Assembly (NCBI RefSeq): GCF_037042905.1
Contig: NC_087252.1
Coordinates: forward strand, 3,846,001-3,910,000
DNA: 64,000 nt
DNA from: Lytechinus pictus
Taxonomy: Eukaryota
Reading direction: 5' to 3'
Part shown: positions 50,489 to 61,343 of the stretch, in pieces
How the letters are laid out: the number at the start of each line of letters is the position of its first letter
Numbering within the stretch: position 1 is the first letter of the stretch
Translations under genes and position numbers: made by a program
The notes under the pieces: model-generated
Told to the model about the DNA's origin: nothing
What the model saw: only the letters and a program-made list of their open reading frames with translations
Database searches by the model: none

Positions 50489-50965
50489 CTAACAGTTAGA
50501 ATTTTTACACCGCCTTTCACAATGCAATGACACAAATAGACATGTGTGGGACTGGGATTAAAAATTGCGGGGAGTTATTTGACCGCCGATCATGGCGATA
50601 TTTTAAAATTTCTTCAAAACAAACTAACTAGGCATGACATTTTAAAGAATTCCTTCCCCAGTTTTCTATGGAAATGGATCAAGAATAAAAGTCAATGCAA
50701 TCCAAATATTTTTCACTTACTTTTTAGAGAAAGGTGACCGTGGTGGCCGTGAATCAGACCCGGGAATCAGACAGACCCAGTTGTGTGTCCGGTGCGGTGT
50801 ATGTAGCGGCGGATATCGTTCTAAATGGCCGGTGTAGCGGCGGATACCGTATCCGCAGGCAGATATTGTTCTAAATGGCCGATATTGTTTTTAATCGGAA
50901 CCATATCCGCCGGGTTTGACGCGGCTTGATGTTTGCAGATTTGGTTCCTCGGAGGATTTGGTTCT

Positions 50966-51389
50966 TACGGAGCCTTTAAAGTGCCATCGACTTGACGACT
51001 TGGCGATATGTACTTTATCTTGCCATGTCGACAATAACCTTATTATGTCGACATATACGTTATCTCGCCAATTAGACTTATAAAAGTTATATGTCGACAT
51101 GGCAAGATATGTTAGCTCGCCAATTCAACTTATAAAACATTATATGTCGACATGGCAAGATATGAAGTGTCCAAGGCCCGGCGAGAGTCCAATTATCTCG
51201 CCAAGTTAACATATAACTTGTTATATGTCGACTTGGCAAGATCAAATATCTCGCCAAGTCAACATATATCCTTTAATAAGTCGACTTGACGTATCTCGCC
51301 GTGTCGACATATAACTTTTTATAAGTCGACTTGGCGAGATAACGTATCTCGCCAAGTCGTCAAGTCGATGGCACTTTAAAGGCTCCGTA
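50966..51389. mobile_element. IS3EU-like MITE (424 bp)
   Basis: ~41-bp perfect TIR TACGGAGCCTTTAAAGTGCCATCGACTTGACGACTTGGCGA; TAC...GTA termini; 6-bp TSD GGTTCT at 50960-50965 and 51390-51395; internal GTCGAC/TCGCCAA repeats. Confidence 0.8.
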
Positions 51390-51747
51390 GGTTCTATTGA
51401 CTATACGTGTAATATTGATTTGGACAGACAACCTCGGCAGCGCGCTCATGATAAAGAGGAAATGAAAATAAATCAACTCTACAATCTACTAAAACAATGC
51501 TCTGAGAGGATTTCGGTGGTCACAAAATGAGCTTGGCTAAATCCGGGTGAAATTAGAGCAGAAATGTTTATTTATGACAGAATTTAATCCTGTTTTACTG
51601 AAGATGTACAAAAAATTATTACAATAATTTAGTGATATTGAAATGTGGTTAATTATTGTTAATTTTTTTTATTTTTTTATTTGAGACTATATAAGAACAA
51701 GAAATATATTACTACAATAACTACCCTTATACAAACACAATACTAGG

Positions 51748-51968
51748 CCTACTACCACTACTACTACTACTACTACTATATACTACTACTACTATTACTA
51801 CTACTACTACTATACTACTACTACAACAACTACTGCTTCTACTACTACTACTCAACAACAACAACAACAACTACTACTACTACAACTACTACTATATAGT
51901 AGTATTACTACTACTACTACTACTACTACTACTCCTACTACTACTACTACTACTACTAATAGTACTAC

Positions 51969-52004
<36 letters not shown>

Positions 52005-52023
52005 AACTACTACTATATAGTAT

Positions 52024-52065
<42 letters not shown>

Positions 52066-52410
52066 TACTACTAGTAGTAATACTACTACTACTAGTAATA
52101 CTACTACTACTACTACTCATCGTATTGCTGCTACTATTACTACTACTACTACTCTGCTACACTACCATACTACTACCACTACTACTACTACTACTACTAC
52201 TGCTGCTGCTACTACTACTACTAGTAGTCACTACTACTACTTCTACTACTACTACTACCACTACTACTATCAACTCCTACTACTACTAATACTACTACTA
52301 TACTACTACTACTACTACTAATAATAATAATATTTCTGCTACTATATTACTACTAATACTACTACTATATTACTACTACTACTACTACTACTACTACTAT
52401 TGCTGCTACA
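51748..52410 (+). repeat. (CTA)n microsatellite, ~660 bp, imperfect
   Basis: Direct reading. Confidence 0.95.
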
Positions 52411-52633
52411 GCCTAGCTACTGTATGCCCACTTCTTCAAATTCCTTTAGGAGTGTGCGTGGATAATTTAATCTCAGTGCGCCTATATAGGTAATTACAAT
52501 AATAAATGGAAATTCAATTGGTAATTGTTGCATTAATCACTCTACTCTCCCAACTGAATATTCATTAAGCCGTTTCAAAGAAAAAATAAATGAAAAGACA
52601 AGGTATCTCCAAATATGCTTTATCGTGGACTGT

Positions 52634-53694
52634 GGCCCCCGTCTTGCAAAGAGTTGGGACTGATCTGATCAACCACAATTATGGAAAGCCAGCAACGCCA
52701 TTGCAACATCTCAAATGCAAAGTCATGTTTGTTCAAAATATTTCTTAAATAATATGTAGGCCTATATTCGTACATTCACCATTTTCTTGACAATAAGTTT
52801 GTTTTCAAAGGACATTGTACATTGCACAGAGAAAATTATGACAACAATGGATTTCCATAATTATAGTTGATGTTAACCAAATCGGTGACACGTCAAGGTT
52901 CTGCGACATTTGCTCTGGTCTTAATATCTCAGCGGGCTTAGGGTGAAATTAGTTTTATAATATATATTTTTTTGTTCAAATTTCAGAATAATGTAAAGAT
53001 TAGGATTAGGATTTATTTAGTCTCGAAGGTTAGGTTTTATGTTTCGCATAGGAGCAATTACCTTTACGTATACCTTGAATATACCTTTCCGTCTCCCCTT
53101 TTTTTTCTTTCTTTATTTTCTACCTTCGTTCTTTCCATCTTTCTTTCCATCTTTGTCTTTCTTCGTTTCTTTCTTTCTTTCTCTCTCTCTCCCTTTCTTT
53201 CTTTCTTTCTTCTCTCTTTTCCCTTCCCTTTTCATTTCTCTCTCTCTTTCCTTTTCTGCCTCCCTCTTCCGATTTGATTATGATCCATGTTAGCAAGTAT
53301 ACTTGAATACATTTCACAATTACATAAGTAGTACTCACCTGAAATGTAAATTACATCTTACCAAGTTTTCCACCCTTTATTACAATTAAATCAATCCAAT
53401 AATTGTCTTTTCATGATAATTCCCAAATTGCAAATTTCAGTGAACTCATGCCTTTCATGTTATTCAAATACTCTATTATATGAATTATTATGTAAGATAT
53501 ATTATGTTTATTGTCATGTTCCAAATGTATATTCCATTGTTCATGTTGAATTTATACAATTTGTTGTCTATCATTTTGCACGGCATGTAAACAAGAAGAA
53601 TTTCCAATTATGGACAATAAATAAATACTTATACTTATACTTAATTGTCATGGAAGCGATCGAATCAATCGCAACTCTTTGTAAGACGGAACCC
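52634..53694. mobile_element. Old Harbinger-like MITE with internal insertions
   Basis: CCGTCTTGCAAAGAGTTG at the left and CAACTCTTTGTAAGACGG at the right form an imperfect TIR; TGT on both flanks. Confidence 0.55.
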
Positions 53695-54401
53695 TGTACT
53701 TTGGCGAAGGGTGTTACTTCCACGCTCCTCATAGAATATGGCAATTAATAGTAATGTCCTCTCTCTCGTCATCTCGTCATAAAGCATGACTATCAATGAA
53801 AAATTCATTGGTCTTCGGAGACCCGTCGGTATACGCACATGACACTCCTAATCTGGCAAATATTTTGTTCTTATAATCATTTCTTCAACTCAGTGCTTGC
53901 CAGTGGTGCGAGAAACGAAGCATTATCGAGTTCACGTAGGCCTCTATATCATGTTTGTTCTGAAATTTAACGAAGTTATTAATAATCGTGGACGAAGGTG
54001 TGGATAATTGCCCTGGATAATTGCAGGTGATGGAACAATGTATTATTGTAACGGGCGATAGGATGGATAGGTGGGGGTCTGTATTGAGTTGATATGACAT
54101 AAGGCCAATGTTCTTGTGGGTTTGGGGCGGGATCACCCCCCGGATCACCCTTTAAGATCGGGATAAATCCTCTCAAGCTCCCAAGTCTTGTTATTCTGCA
54201 TGTTGTGAATTGAAGGAGGGATCCGGAGTGCAGGGGGTGACGAGGAAGAGCACACATGCAAGGTCTCCTTCAACCCCCATGGAGGCCAACATGCCATTGA
54301 CTGGTTGTGTGTCGTGGCCTACATTAAACATAGGACTCCTATGGATTTAATTGATGTGACATTCGCAATATTGCCAGAGCACCTTAGCCCCTTAGAGCAA
54401 A

Positions 54402-54545
54402 CGCCAGTGAAGTTCAAAACATCCTTGATCCAGTGATAGAATCTTTTGGTTGCTTTGCATCGTTGGATTATCGCCAGTGAAGTTCAAACCATCCTTGATC
54501 CAGTGATATAATCTTTTGGGTGTTTTGCATCGTTGGATTATGCCA
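54402..54545 (+). repeat. ~70-bp tandem duplication
   Basis: CGCCAGTGAAGTTCAAA...GCATCGTTGGATTAT occurs twice. Confidence 0.9.
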
Positions 54546-55684
54546 AAGTTATGGAATAACGAATACTAATTCGGCAAGGTTTCAGAAAGAATTTCTTTGT
54601 GAACGTTAAGGTGAACTTAAAAGCGGCATATATTTTTAATTACTGTTTTAGCCATCGTCATGCATGCTAATGCGATAATCATTCTGACCATAATTCTGGA
54701 CGTCTTTGTCTCTTGTCTGGGGATGCCTCGTAGCGGATTCTTTGTATTCGAAGTTAACACTAATACAGCTGTATAACCTGTATTTAAACACTATAGTATT
54801 TGGATGGTATGTGCATTTTGAACTACTTAACATTTTTAGCGAAGACAAATCAAGGATTCATTTGGAGTTTTATCAGCTGATATTATTAATACATGTACTT
54901 AAAGAGGACTAATTTCATAATCTGGCTAACCATAATATATTCATGCTCGTTATTCGGTAACTTGTAAGTATATAATTCAACTTTGGTAACCATAATTAAA
55001 ACAGATAATAGAGTCCTTTCTTTGGCATGGCAAAATCTCGTGAACGAATATGTAATATTTCAAAAATATATTTGCTGGATGGTCCTATTTTCGTAGCAGG
55101 TATTAATTGAAAAGATGATAGAAAAGAATGGTAAAGAGGAGAAGGGGAGGAGGAGGAGAAGAAAGAAAAATTGAAAGAAAATAAAATAATGAGAAGAAGA
55201 AGAAGAAAGGTATGAAGAAGAAGAAGAGTAAGAAGAAGAAACCATGATTTTGACGAATACTTAGATCATGCATTTTTTATTTTGCAGAATTCTGATAAAG
55301 TCAGGGTACCGCTTACTTTATTTCCCAGTAATACACCAACTTATTAGCCTTATTTTACAATAGCCCATATAAAACACTCCGTTTGTATCCTTTACATTTG
55401 TAGAATTAGCATTTAAATCTATCTCTTGTGCGGTCTTCATTGGGCTATCCTGGCTGTGTTTACAAGTGTTATTGGGATTTTTTTTGCATTTTAAAGAGAT
55501 GGTAAACCGGATGACAAGCGGTTCATTCAGGTACTCAATCGTATATCAATTTTTGAAGTTGCTCATTCCAGGAAAATCATATTCATGTCATTAATTCATC
55601 TCACTCGATTATCTTTGATTGTTGTGGGGGAAAAAAGATGAAATATTCCCGATTCTCTCTAATATTCAGGCTCCTACCACGAAG

Positions 55685-55751
55685 ATGATGCTATACACAT
55701 TGGTCGCATATTTATGCTTACTTCTGAACATCGGATCGGCGAATTTTCATT
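55685..55751 (+). CDS. Ig-superfamily gene, signal-peptide exon (MMLYTLVAYLCLLLNIGSANFH)
   Basis: Acceptor ttcag| at 55670, AAGATGA start context, hydrophobic leader, phase-1 donor T|gtaagt. Confidence 0.75.
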
Positions 55752-55890
55752 GTAAGTAAGTTTATCCTTCACAAGACCTTACTAATTTAAATTCGACACA
55801 ACTGTGAGCTTTTTTCAAATAACATATACATTTTTTGTTTGAGCTAGAAACCCTGCCACCTATCATCCCCATTTTGAAAAAAAAAATCGT

Positions 55891-56180
55891 TGAATGTGGC
55901 CCAGTGGATTAGTCCTTTGACTTTGAGTCAGAGGTTCGTAAGTTCGAATCCAAGTCATGGCGTAATTTCCTTCAGCAAGGTATCTATTCACAGTGTGCTG
56001 CACTCGATCAACCCAGGTGAGGTAAATGGGTAGGCCTACCGGCATAGTGTAATTCCTTTAAAAAAAATGTGAGCACAGGAATCGGTATTCGAGCTTAGCC
56101 GGGGCAATATAGGAATGTCTTGAGCACCTATCAATGTGGATACGTGCGCCATACAAATACCCTATGTTAATATTATTATG
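55891..56180 (+). mobile_element. tRNA-derived SINE (intronic)
   Basis: A box TGGCCCAGTGG, B box GTTCGAATCC, core ACCCAGGTGAGGTAAATGGGTA, tail GCGCCATACAAAT...TATTATTAT. Confidence 0.8.
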
Positions 56181-56269
56181 AATACGAAAAGTTTTGATAA
56201 AAAAGGCCTGTCGAATCCCATTTCCTTTGTATTGGTTAGACTATATACCTGATAATAGGTATTCCCCCG

Positions 56270-56540
56270 TCATCATTATTATCATCATAATCACCATCAT
56301 TTTCATCACCATCATCACAATCACTATCATCATCATCACCATCATCATCATCATTTCCATTACCATCATCACAATCATTATCAACACCATCATCATCATC
56401 ACCATCAATATCATCATCATAATTACCACCATCATTGTATTTCTGTTGAAAATGATTTGTTAAATAAATTTAATAAATCTATCAGTTATGAATTCAGTCA
56501 TCATCAATGTCCCCATCATCACCATCACCATCACGTCATC
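56270..56540 (+). repeat. (CAT/CAC)n microsatellite
   Basis: Direct reading. Confidence 0.9.
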
Positions 56541-56562
56541 ATTGTTATCTTTTGCACCACAG

Positions 56563-56694
56563 GTCCAGATCATGAATACCAAGTTCTCTACGTCCAGGAA
56601 GGGGTTTCGATCACATTACCCTGTACCTATACACCTACAAACATCGATACGGTCGTTAATTTTTACTGGTATGCTAAGCATGCTATCAAGCAAG
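56563..56694 (+). CDS. Ig gene exon: first half of Ig domain 1 (V-like)
   Basis: cacag|GT CCA...VQEGVSITLPCTYT...FYWYAK...CAA G|gtatgt; phase 1 at both ends. Confidence 0.85.
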
Positions 56695-57095
56695 GTATGT
56701 TAATCGAGCCGGTACTATCTGTTTCTGAATTCTTTATAACAACAGTGGCATAATGAGCAACAACAACAAAAATCCTTTACAAAAAATAGGGACTAGACAT
56801 TGCATGTAGGACAAATATTCTTAAAATGCTGTGAGGGAGCGAGGCGAGAGAGCAAAAATTTATTTCGACCCCTTTTATACCTTTTAATAAATTTGTCTGC
56901 CAACTGAAGGCAAGTGTAATTGTGTGCATCCCTTTATTATCTCCTTGAAGGTACACAATCAGGTCTAATTATCATTATTGTTATTATCATGATAATTATA
57001 CCTCTGTGTCTCTGCCCCCCCCCCCCCCCATCTCTTTCTCCTCATTCACCTCCCCCTCTTCACCTACTACCAATATTTAACCATCGCCCGTCCAG

Positions 57096-57314
57096 CCAAG
57101 TCCATAACGTTATATGCAAACGAAGAAATTAAGCAGGGAGCTGAAGATGTAGCGGGGAATTATTCGCTTGTTTACCGGAAGGTCAACCCGGCTCCCTCAG
57201 GCAGTTCGAACCTCACAATTTTGTCTGCACACCGAGACAATCCACGGATCTACAAGTGTCGGGTCTCGGCCCCGAATTGCAGATTCGATCGAAGTTTTAC
57301 TGTCATCGTTAATT
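57096..57314 (+). CDS. Ig gene exon: second half of Ig domain 1 (not in the ORF track frame)
   Basis: tccag|CC AAG...KSITLYANEEIKQGAEDVAGNYSLVYRKVNPAPSGSSNLTILSAHRDNPRIYKCRVSAPNCRFDRSFTVIVN T|gtgagt; phase 1/1. Confidence 0.85.
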
Positions 57315-57501
57315 GTGAGTATGAAGCTGTACGAGGGACTCTTTCCATTTCATGGGGCAGCCCCAAATTGTGTGTGTGAATGTGTGTGCATTAGGGTGTG
57401 GGTGAAAGGATGTGGGTGTGCGTGCGTGTGTGTGTTGGGGTGTGTGTATATTGGTGAGTTGGATTCATCTGGAAATGGCTAAGCCGCCAAACTCAATTTA
57501 A

Positions 57502-57895
57502 AGAGAAATTCCAGTATTTGCAGGAAACACTGATTTCATGAGAAAGTCTGTAAAACAAGGCTTAATTGTCAGTATATCATCGAGGATCTAGATCTGGTAC
57601 AGTTACATAAACTGAACTTTGTGAAATCTTGAAATCTACGCTGAAAAATGTTCACACTGAAGATCACCAACACAGATAGGCACACGTGGGACAGTGTATT
57701 ATTATTGCTAAAATAAAGACCCGGCGGAAGTGACCGAATCCGCGCTTATTTTGCTTATTTCTCAGCAATCACACAATTTCTTCCAGAATCCTTTGGCACA
57801 TATTTTTTATTCATACACACAGACACTTAGGTGGTCATTATATTAGATTCTGTAAAAAGTCATTTTTAGATCGTTACCAAAACTGGAATTTATCT
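57502..57895. mobile_element. Kolobok-type TTAA MITE (394 bp)
   Basis: TIR AGAGAAATTCCAGT / ACTGGAATTTATCT; TTAA at 57498-57501 and 57896-57899; second copy at 29570. Confidence 0.9.
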
Positions 57896-58584
57896 TTAAC
57901 AATGACCTACCGTGAATAATCTCCAAAAACATTTTGCAGAGAGGTAGGTGGGTTAGATATATATATATGAATATATATATATAGAGAGAGAGAGAGAGAA
58001 TGTTTTCTTGGCCTATTTTGATTCCACCTTTTGTTTTGGATGTTTCATTGCTCATATTTAAAAGAAAAAAAATTCTCATCTTCTCTCGTGAGTTTACTTT
58101 ATCTCCTTGCATATTGCACGAACGTTTAAAAGAAAAACAACGAAAGAATGTGTAATTTACCAGTATGGGAGAAATAGACTAATCAAATACGACTTTAGGT
58201 GGCTCATGATTGCGTTGAAAAAGTACAGATTCTTCCCCTTTTGAATACAAAACATTGTGCATGATTCCAACACTTTAATGGGCTTGGGGTTCATCGATCA
58301 TAATTGATGGTGGAAATTAAGTCTGCAAACTATGAATAATGAAATTCAATTATCCCTCCTCCTCGCTCGACCCTCCATTAATACACGATTATCTGGTGAT
58401 GAGATGCTACGTGTCTACACGCAAACGTTCAGTGCATGCAGCCGCACCTACTCATGTAACATTATATGTCGATGTATTACAAAGAATATCACGTGCAAAG
58501 AAAACTACTCCACATTAAATAAAATTACCACTACTATCACCATCATATCTTATTAGGACCATTTCAGTGCTACTAGTGACTTTG

Positions 58585-58591
58585 CTGATGG

Positions 58592-58622
<31 letters not shown>

Positions 58623-59290
58623 GGTGATAATACAGCCTAAATAACAACAAAAACATCAGTAATAATAATTTTCATAGGCATAAAGCTGATGAGGATGATA
58701 ATGATGAACAGGGGCGGATCTAGGATCTTCCAAAGGGGGGGGGGGAGATTATCCCGACGAAAATTTGACAAACCCCCAACAGGGGTTTTTCACCCCAAAT
58801 TTAAGGTCATTTCGTCCACGAAAAAAATTGACAAGCAAAAAAAAAATAGTAATACAAATTATTGTGCCTCTCAAATGGGTGGGGGGGGGGGACGGCCTCC
58901 CCCTGGATCCACCAGTGATGATGATGAGGAGGAGGATGATAGTAATGGTGATGATGAGGATGATGATAGTGATGGTGATGATGATGATAGTGATGATGAT
59001 GATAGTGGTTATGATGATGATGATGATGATAGCACTGATGATGATACTACCAGGTTCGGATCCAGCCGGATTAGACACAATTATTTATAGGAGCCAACTA
59101 TTGCACTAAAACAATATTTACCCCGAAATGGAATAGTGTTCAATCTGACTGGATCACCCACTGACTACTACAACAACAACAAAAACTACTACTACTACTA
59201 CTACTTCTACTACTAATACTACTTCCAGTATTAAATGATAATAATATTAATGATGATGATGACGATGATGATGATGATAATGATAATAAT
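58585..59290 (+). repeat. (GAT)n and (CTA)n microsatellites with an embedded G-run/C-run MITE (~58710-58915)
   Basis: Direct reading; GGGGCGGATC(C/T)AGGAT...CCCCTGGATCC family also seen near 42882, 44757, 48130 and 61629. Confidence 0.8.
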
Positions 59291-59392
59291 CATTACAAAA
59301 CTATTACTAACAATATTAGGGATAGCCGCAATAGATTATCATAACTAACGACACAGATGACTCCATTGCGTTTGTTTCTTCTTCATTCTAAG

Positions 59393-59584
59393 TTTCCGCC
59401 ACTATCCAATATATTGGACCAAGAAGGGCGCCACATTGGACCCCCGCGGAGCCGGGTAAGATAACTGTCAACGAGACCGATGACGTCACGCTCATTTGCT
59501 ATTCCAGAGGTGAACCACCGCCATTTAATTCCTGGGCTAAAACAAACCATGATGGAGAGGTCATATATAACATAACACTTTCAG
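59393..59584 (+). CDS. Ig gene exon: first half of Ig domain 2
   Basis: ttctaag|TT TCC...KITVNETDDVTLICYSRGEPPPFNSWAKT...TCA G|gtaaac; phase 1/1. Confidence 0.85.
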
Positions 59585-60216
59585 GTAAACATTTTGAAGC
59601 GATCATGATTTCGTGCTTTTTATCTTTATTAAATCTCCTTTAAACTTTGTTGTTAAGTTTATGTTACTTCTACCAACCCATCAAACCTGCCTACAATGAA
59701 ATTGAATTATTGGAATCATAATCCATGCATATTTTGTTCACTCAACACCATAATTATATGCTTTGTAAAGCTGAAGTTTTTGAGTAAGTTTCAGACCTCA
59801 TTTCTCTTTGTTCTTGTTACCCCCCCCCCCCCCCCCGTGATATTCTCCTTATTCAATCAAGTGGTTACTTAGGTTTTACTTCATCAAGTGCGAAGTGACA
59901 TATCATTTCATAGCTCATTCTAACGGCATTGAAGACTATGCTTCACGGACAAATATAAATAATTTGACGAAATTTGATTTGTTCTTATGTACTTGATCTA
60001 AGGGAGATGTGAAATAAGTTTTGGCAAGCCGGTTATGTTTTTCTTTCCGAAAGTTAAAGTCAATTCAAGCAATTATTTCTTTTTTGTTAACTTGGTTTTA
60101 TCTTTTATATACACTTCCTCTGTATTTGTAAATCGAGGGTGTGTGTGAATGTGGTTTTAGGCGTGTGTACGTGTGTGCATTACGATTTGTCAAGGGCGTA
60201 TAGGCTGGTTTGAGTA

Positions 60217-60410
60217 TTGGGGGTGCACATCCTGGGGAGGTGGAACTAAAGTGGTATGGGGGGTGCACATCCTGGGGAGATGGAACTAGAGTGGTATGGG
60301 GGGTGCACATCTTGGGGAGATGGAACTAAAGTGGTATGGGGGTGCACATCTTGGGGAGGTGGAACTAAAGTGGTATGGGGTGCACACCTTTGGGAGGTGG
60401 GACTAAAGTT
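60217..60410 (+). repeat. ~40-bp minisatellite, about 5 copies
   Basis: GGGGTGCACATC(C/T)TGGGGAG(A/G)TGGAACTAAAGTGGTAT units. Confidence 0.9.
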
Positions 60411-60771
60411 TGGAAAAATCAGCTGCTGAAAGCTTAAAGGGTACGAATCTCGTTTTGCTTGCCAGTTTCGGAACTTCTCTGCCTACGCCCTTGCCGTAGG
60501 TGGGTGTGAAGGAGGGCTGCATGCGTTTGTATGGCTATTCAATTTCTTTTTCATATTTGAATTCTTCGGGGGGGGGGATTTGTTTTGTATTAGCATGAGA
60601 GATGTTTTTGTAAGCATTTAATGTGCATTTGTCTGAGGGTCTTCAGACAGAACCTCTTAAAAAAGAGTGATACTCAGAATTGGATAGGCTAGCCTGCATA
60701 AAGAAGACAGTTTATATATGAATAAAACAATCCAATGTATTTCTTAGTTTTTTTTTCTCCATTTTTTGCAG

Positions 60772-60894
60772 AGAAGAAATCGAATGGAAATTTAACGTTA
60801 ACTAACGTATCAAGAACGCAGAGTGGAATATATAGATGCCAGTCCAGTAACACATATGGAAATGATACGACAGATGTGGAACTTGAAGTACAAT
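60772..60894 (+). CDS. Ig gene exon: second half of Ig domain 2
   Basis: ttttgcag|AG...NLTLTNVSRTQSGIYRCQSSNTYGNDTTDVELEVQ T|gtaagt. Confidence 0.9.
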
Positions 60895-61171
60895 GTAAGT
60901 TATTACATGACTATCTTAAAGATTTATGCTTCTGTTATATTGTGTTGATGTTGTAAGCTCGCTTTTAACAAGTTGAAGAGGTTGTATGTTTTGCTAAATA
61001 CGTCCATCCTGTTTAATGGAAATTAAATACTTAAATTAAATCAGATTCCTTTATTTAGAGCACCCAGCTGCTAAGATGTGCTTTAATAAATAATGTATTT
61101 GAAATATTGTTAGAGATTTTTCAATATTTTCAATATAGAAAGCTGTAAAAATGTTTTCCCCAAATGCCCAG

Positions 61172-61343
61172 ATGCCCCAGAAGTACTAACCTACCAAACT
61201 GACATCCGGGCTGCTCCTGGCGAGGCACTTTCAATTGTTTGTAACGTCACAGCTTTGCCCGAGCCTCTGGATTTCTATTGGTTAAAGGATGACGTCAGAA
61301 TCAAAGATGGCGACGAAGATGATGAGGGGTCGATCCCTAACGC
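61172..61343 (+). CDS. Ig gene exon: first half of Ig domain 3; later exons not identified in the window
   Basis: cccag|AT GCC CCA...YAPEV...AAPGEALSIVCNVTALPEPLDFYWLKDDVRI...GC|gtaaga. Confidence 0.85.

Noticed and set aside
53885..54350. Possible decayed ZU5-like coding fragment on the minus strand (GVIPP...LSPV...HCS)
   Set aside because: Resemblance is too weak and interrupted by stops; an HMM search would be needed.
55891..55975. tRNA gene
   Set aside because: A and B boxes are present but there is no convincing cloverleaf, and it continues into a SINE core and tail.
56194..59109. Poly-Ile/Met/Asp ORFs (56194-56463, 58689-59109)
   Set aside because: Trinucleotide microsatellite translations within Ig-gene introns.
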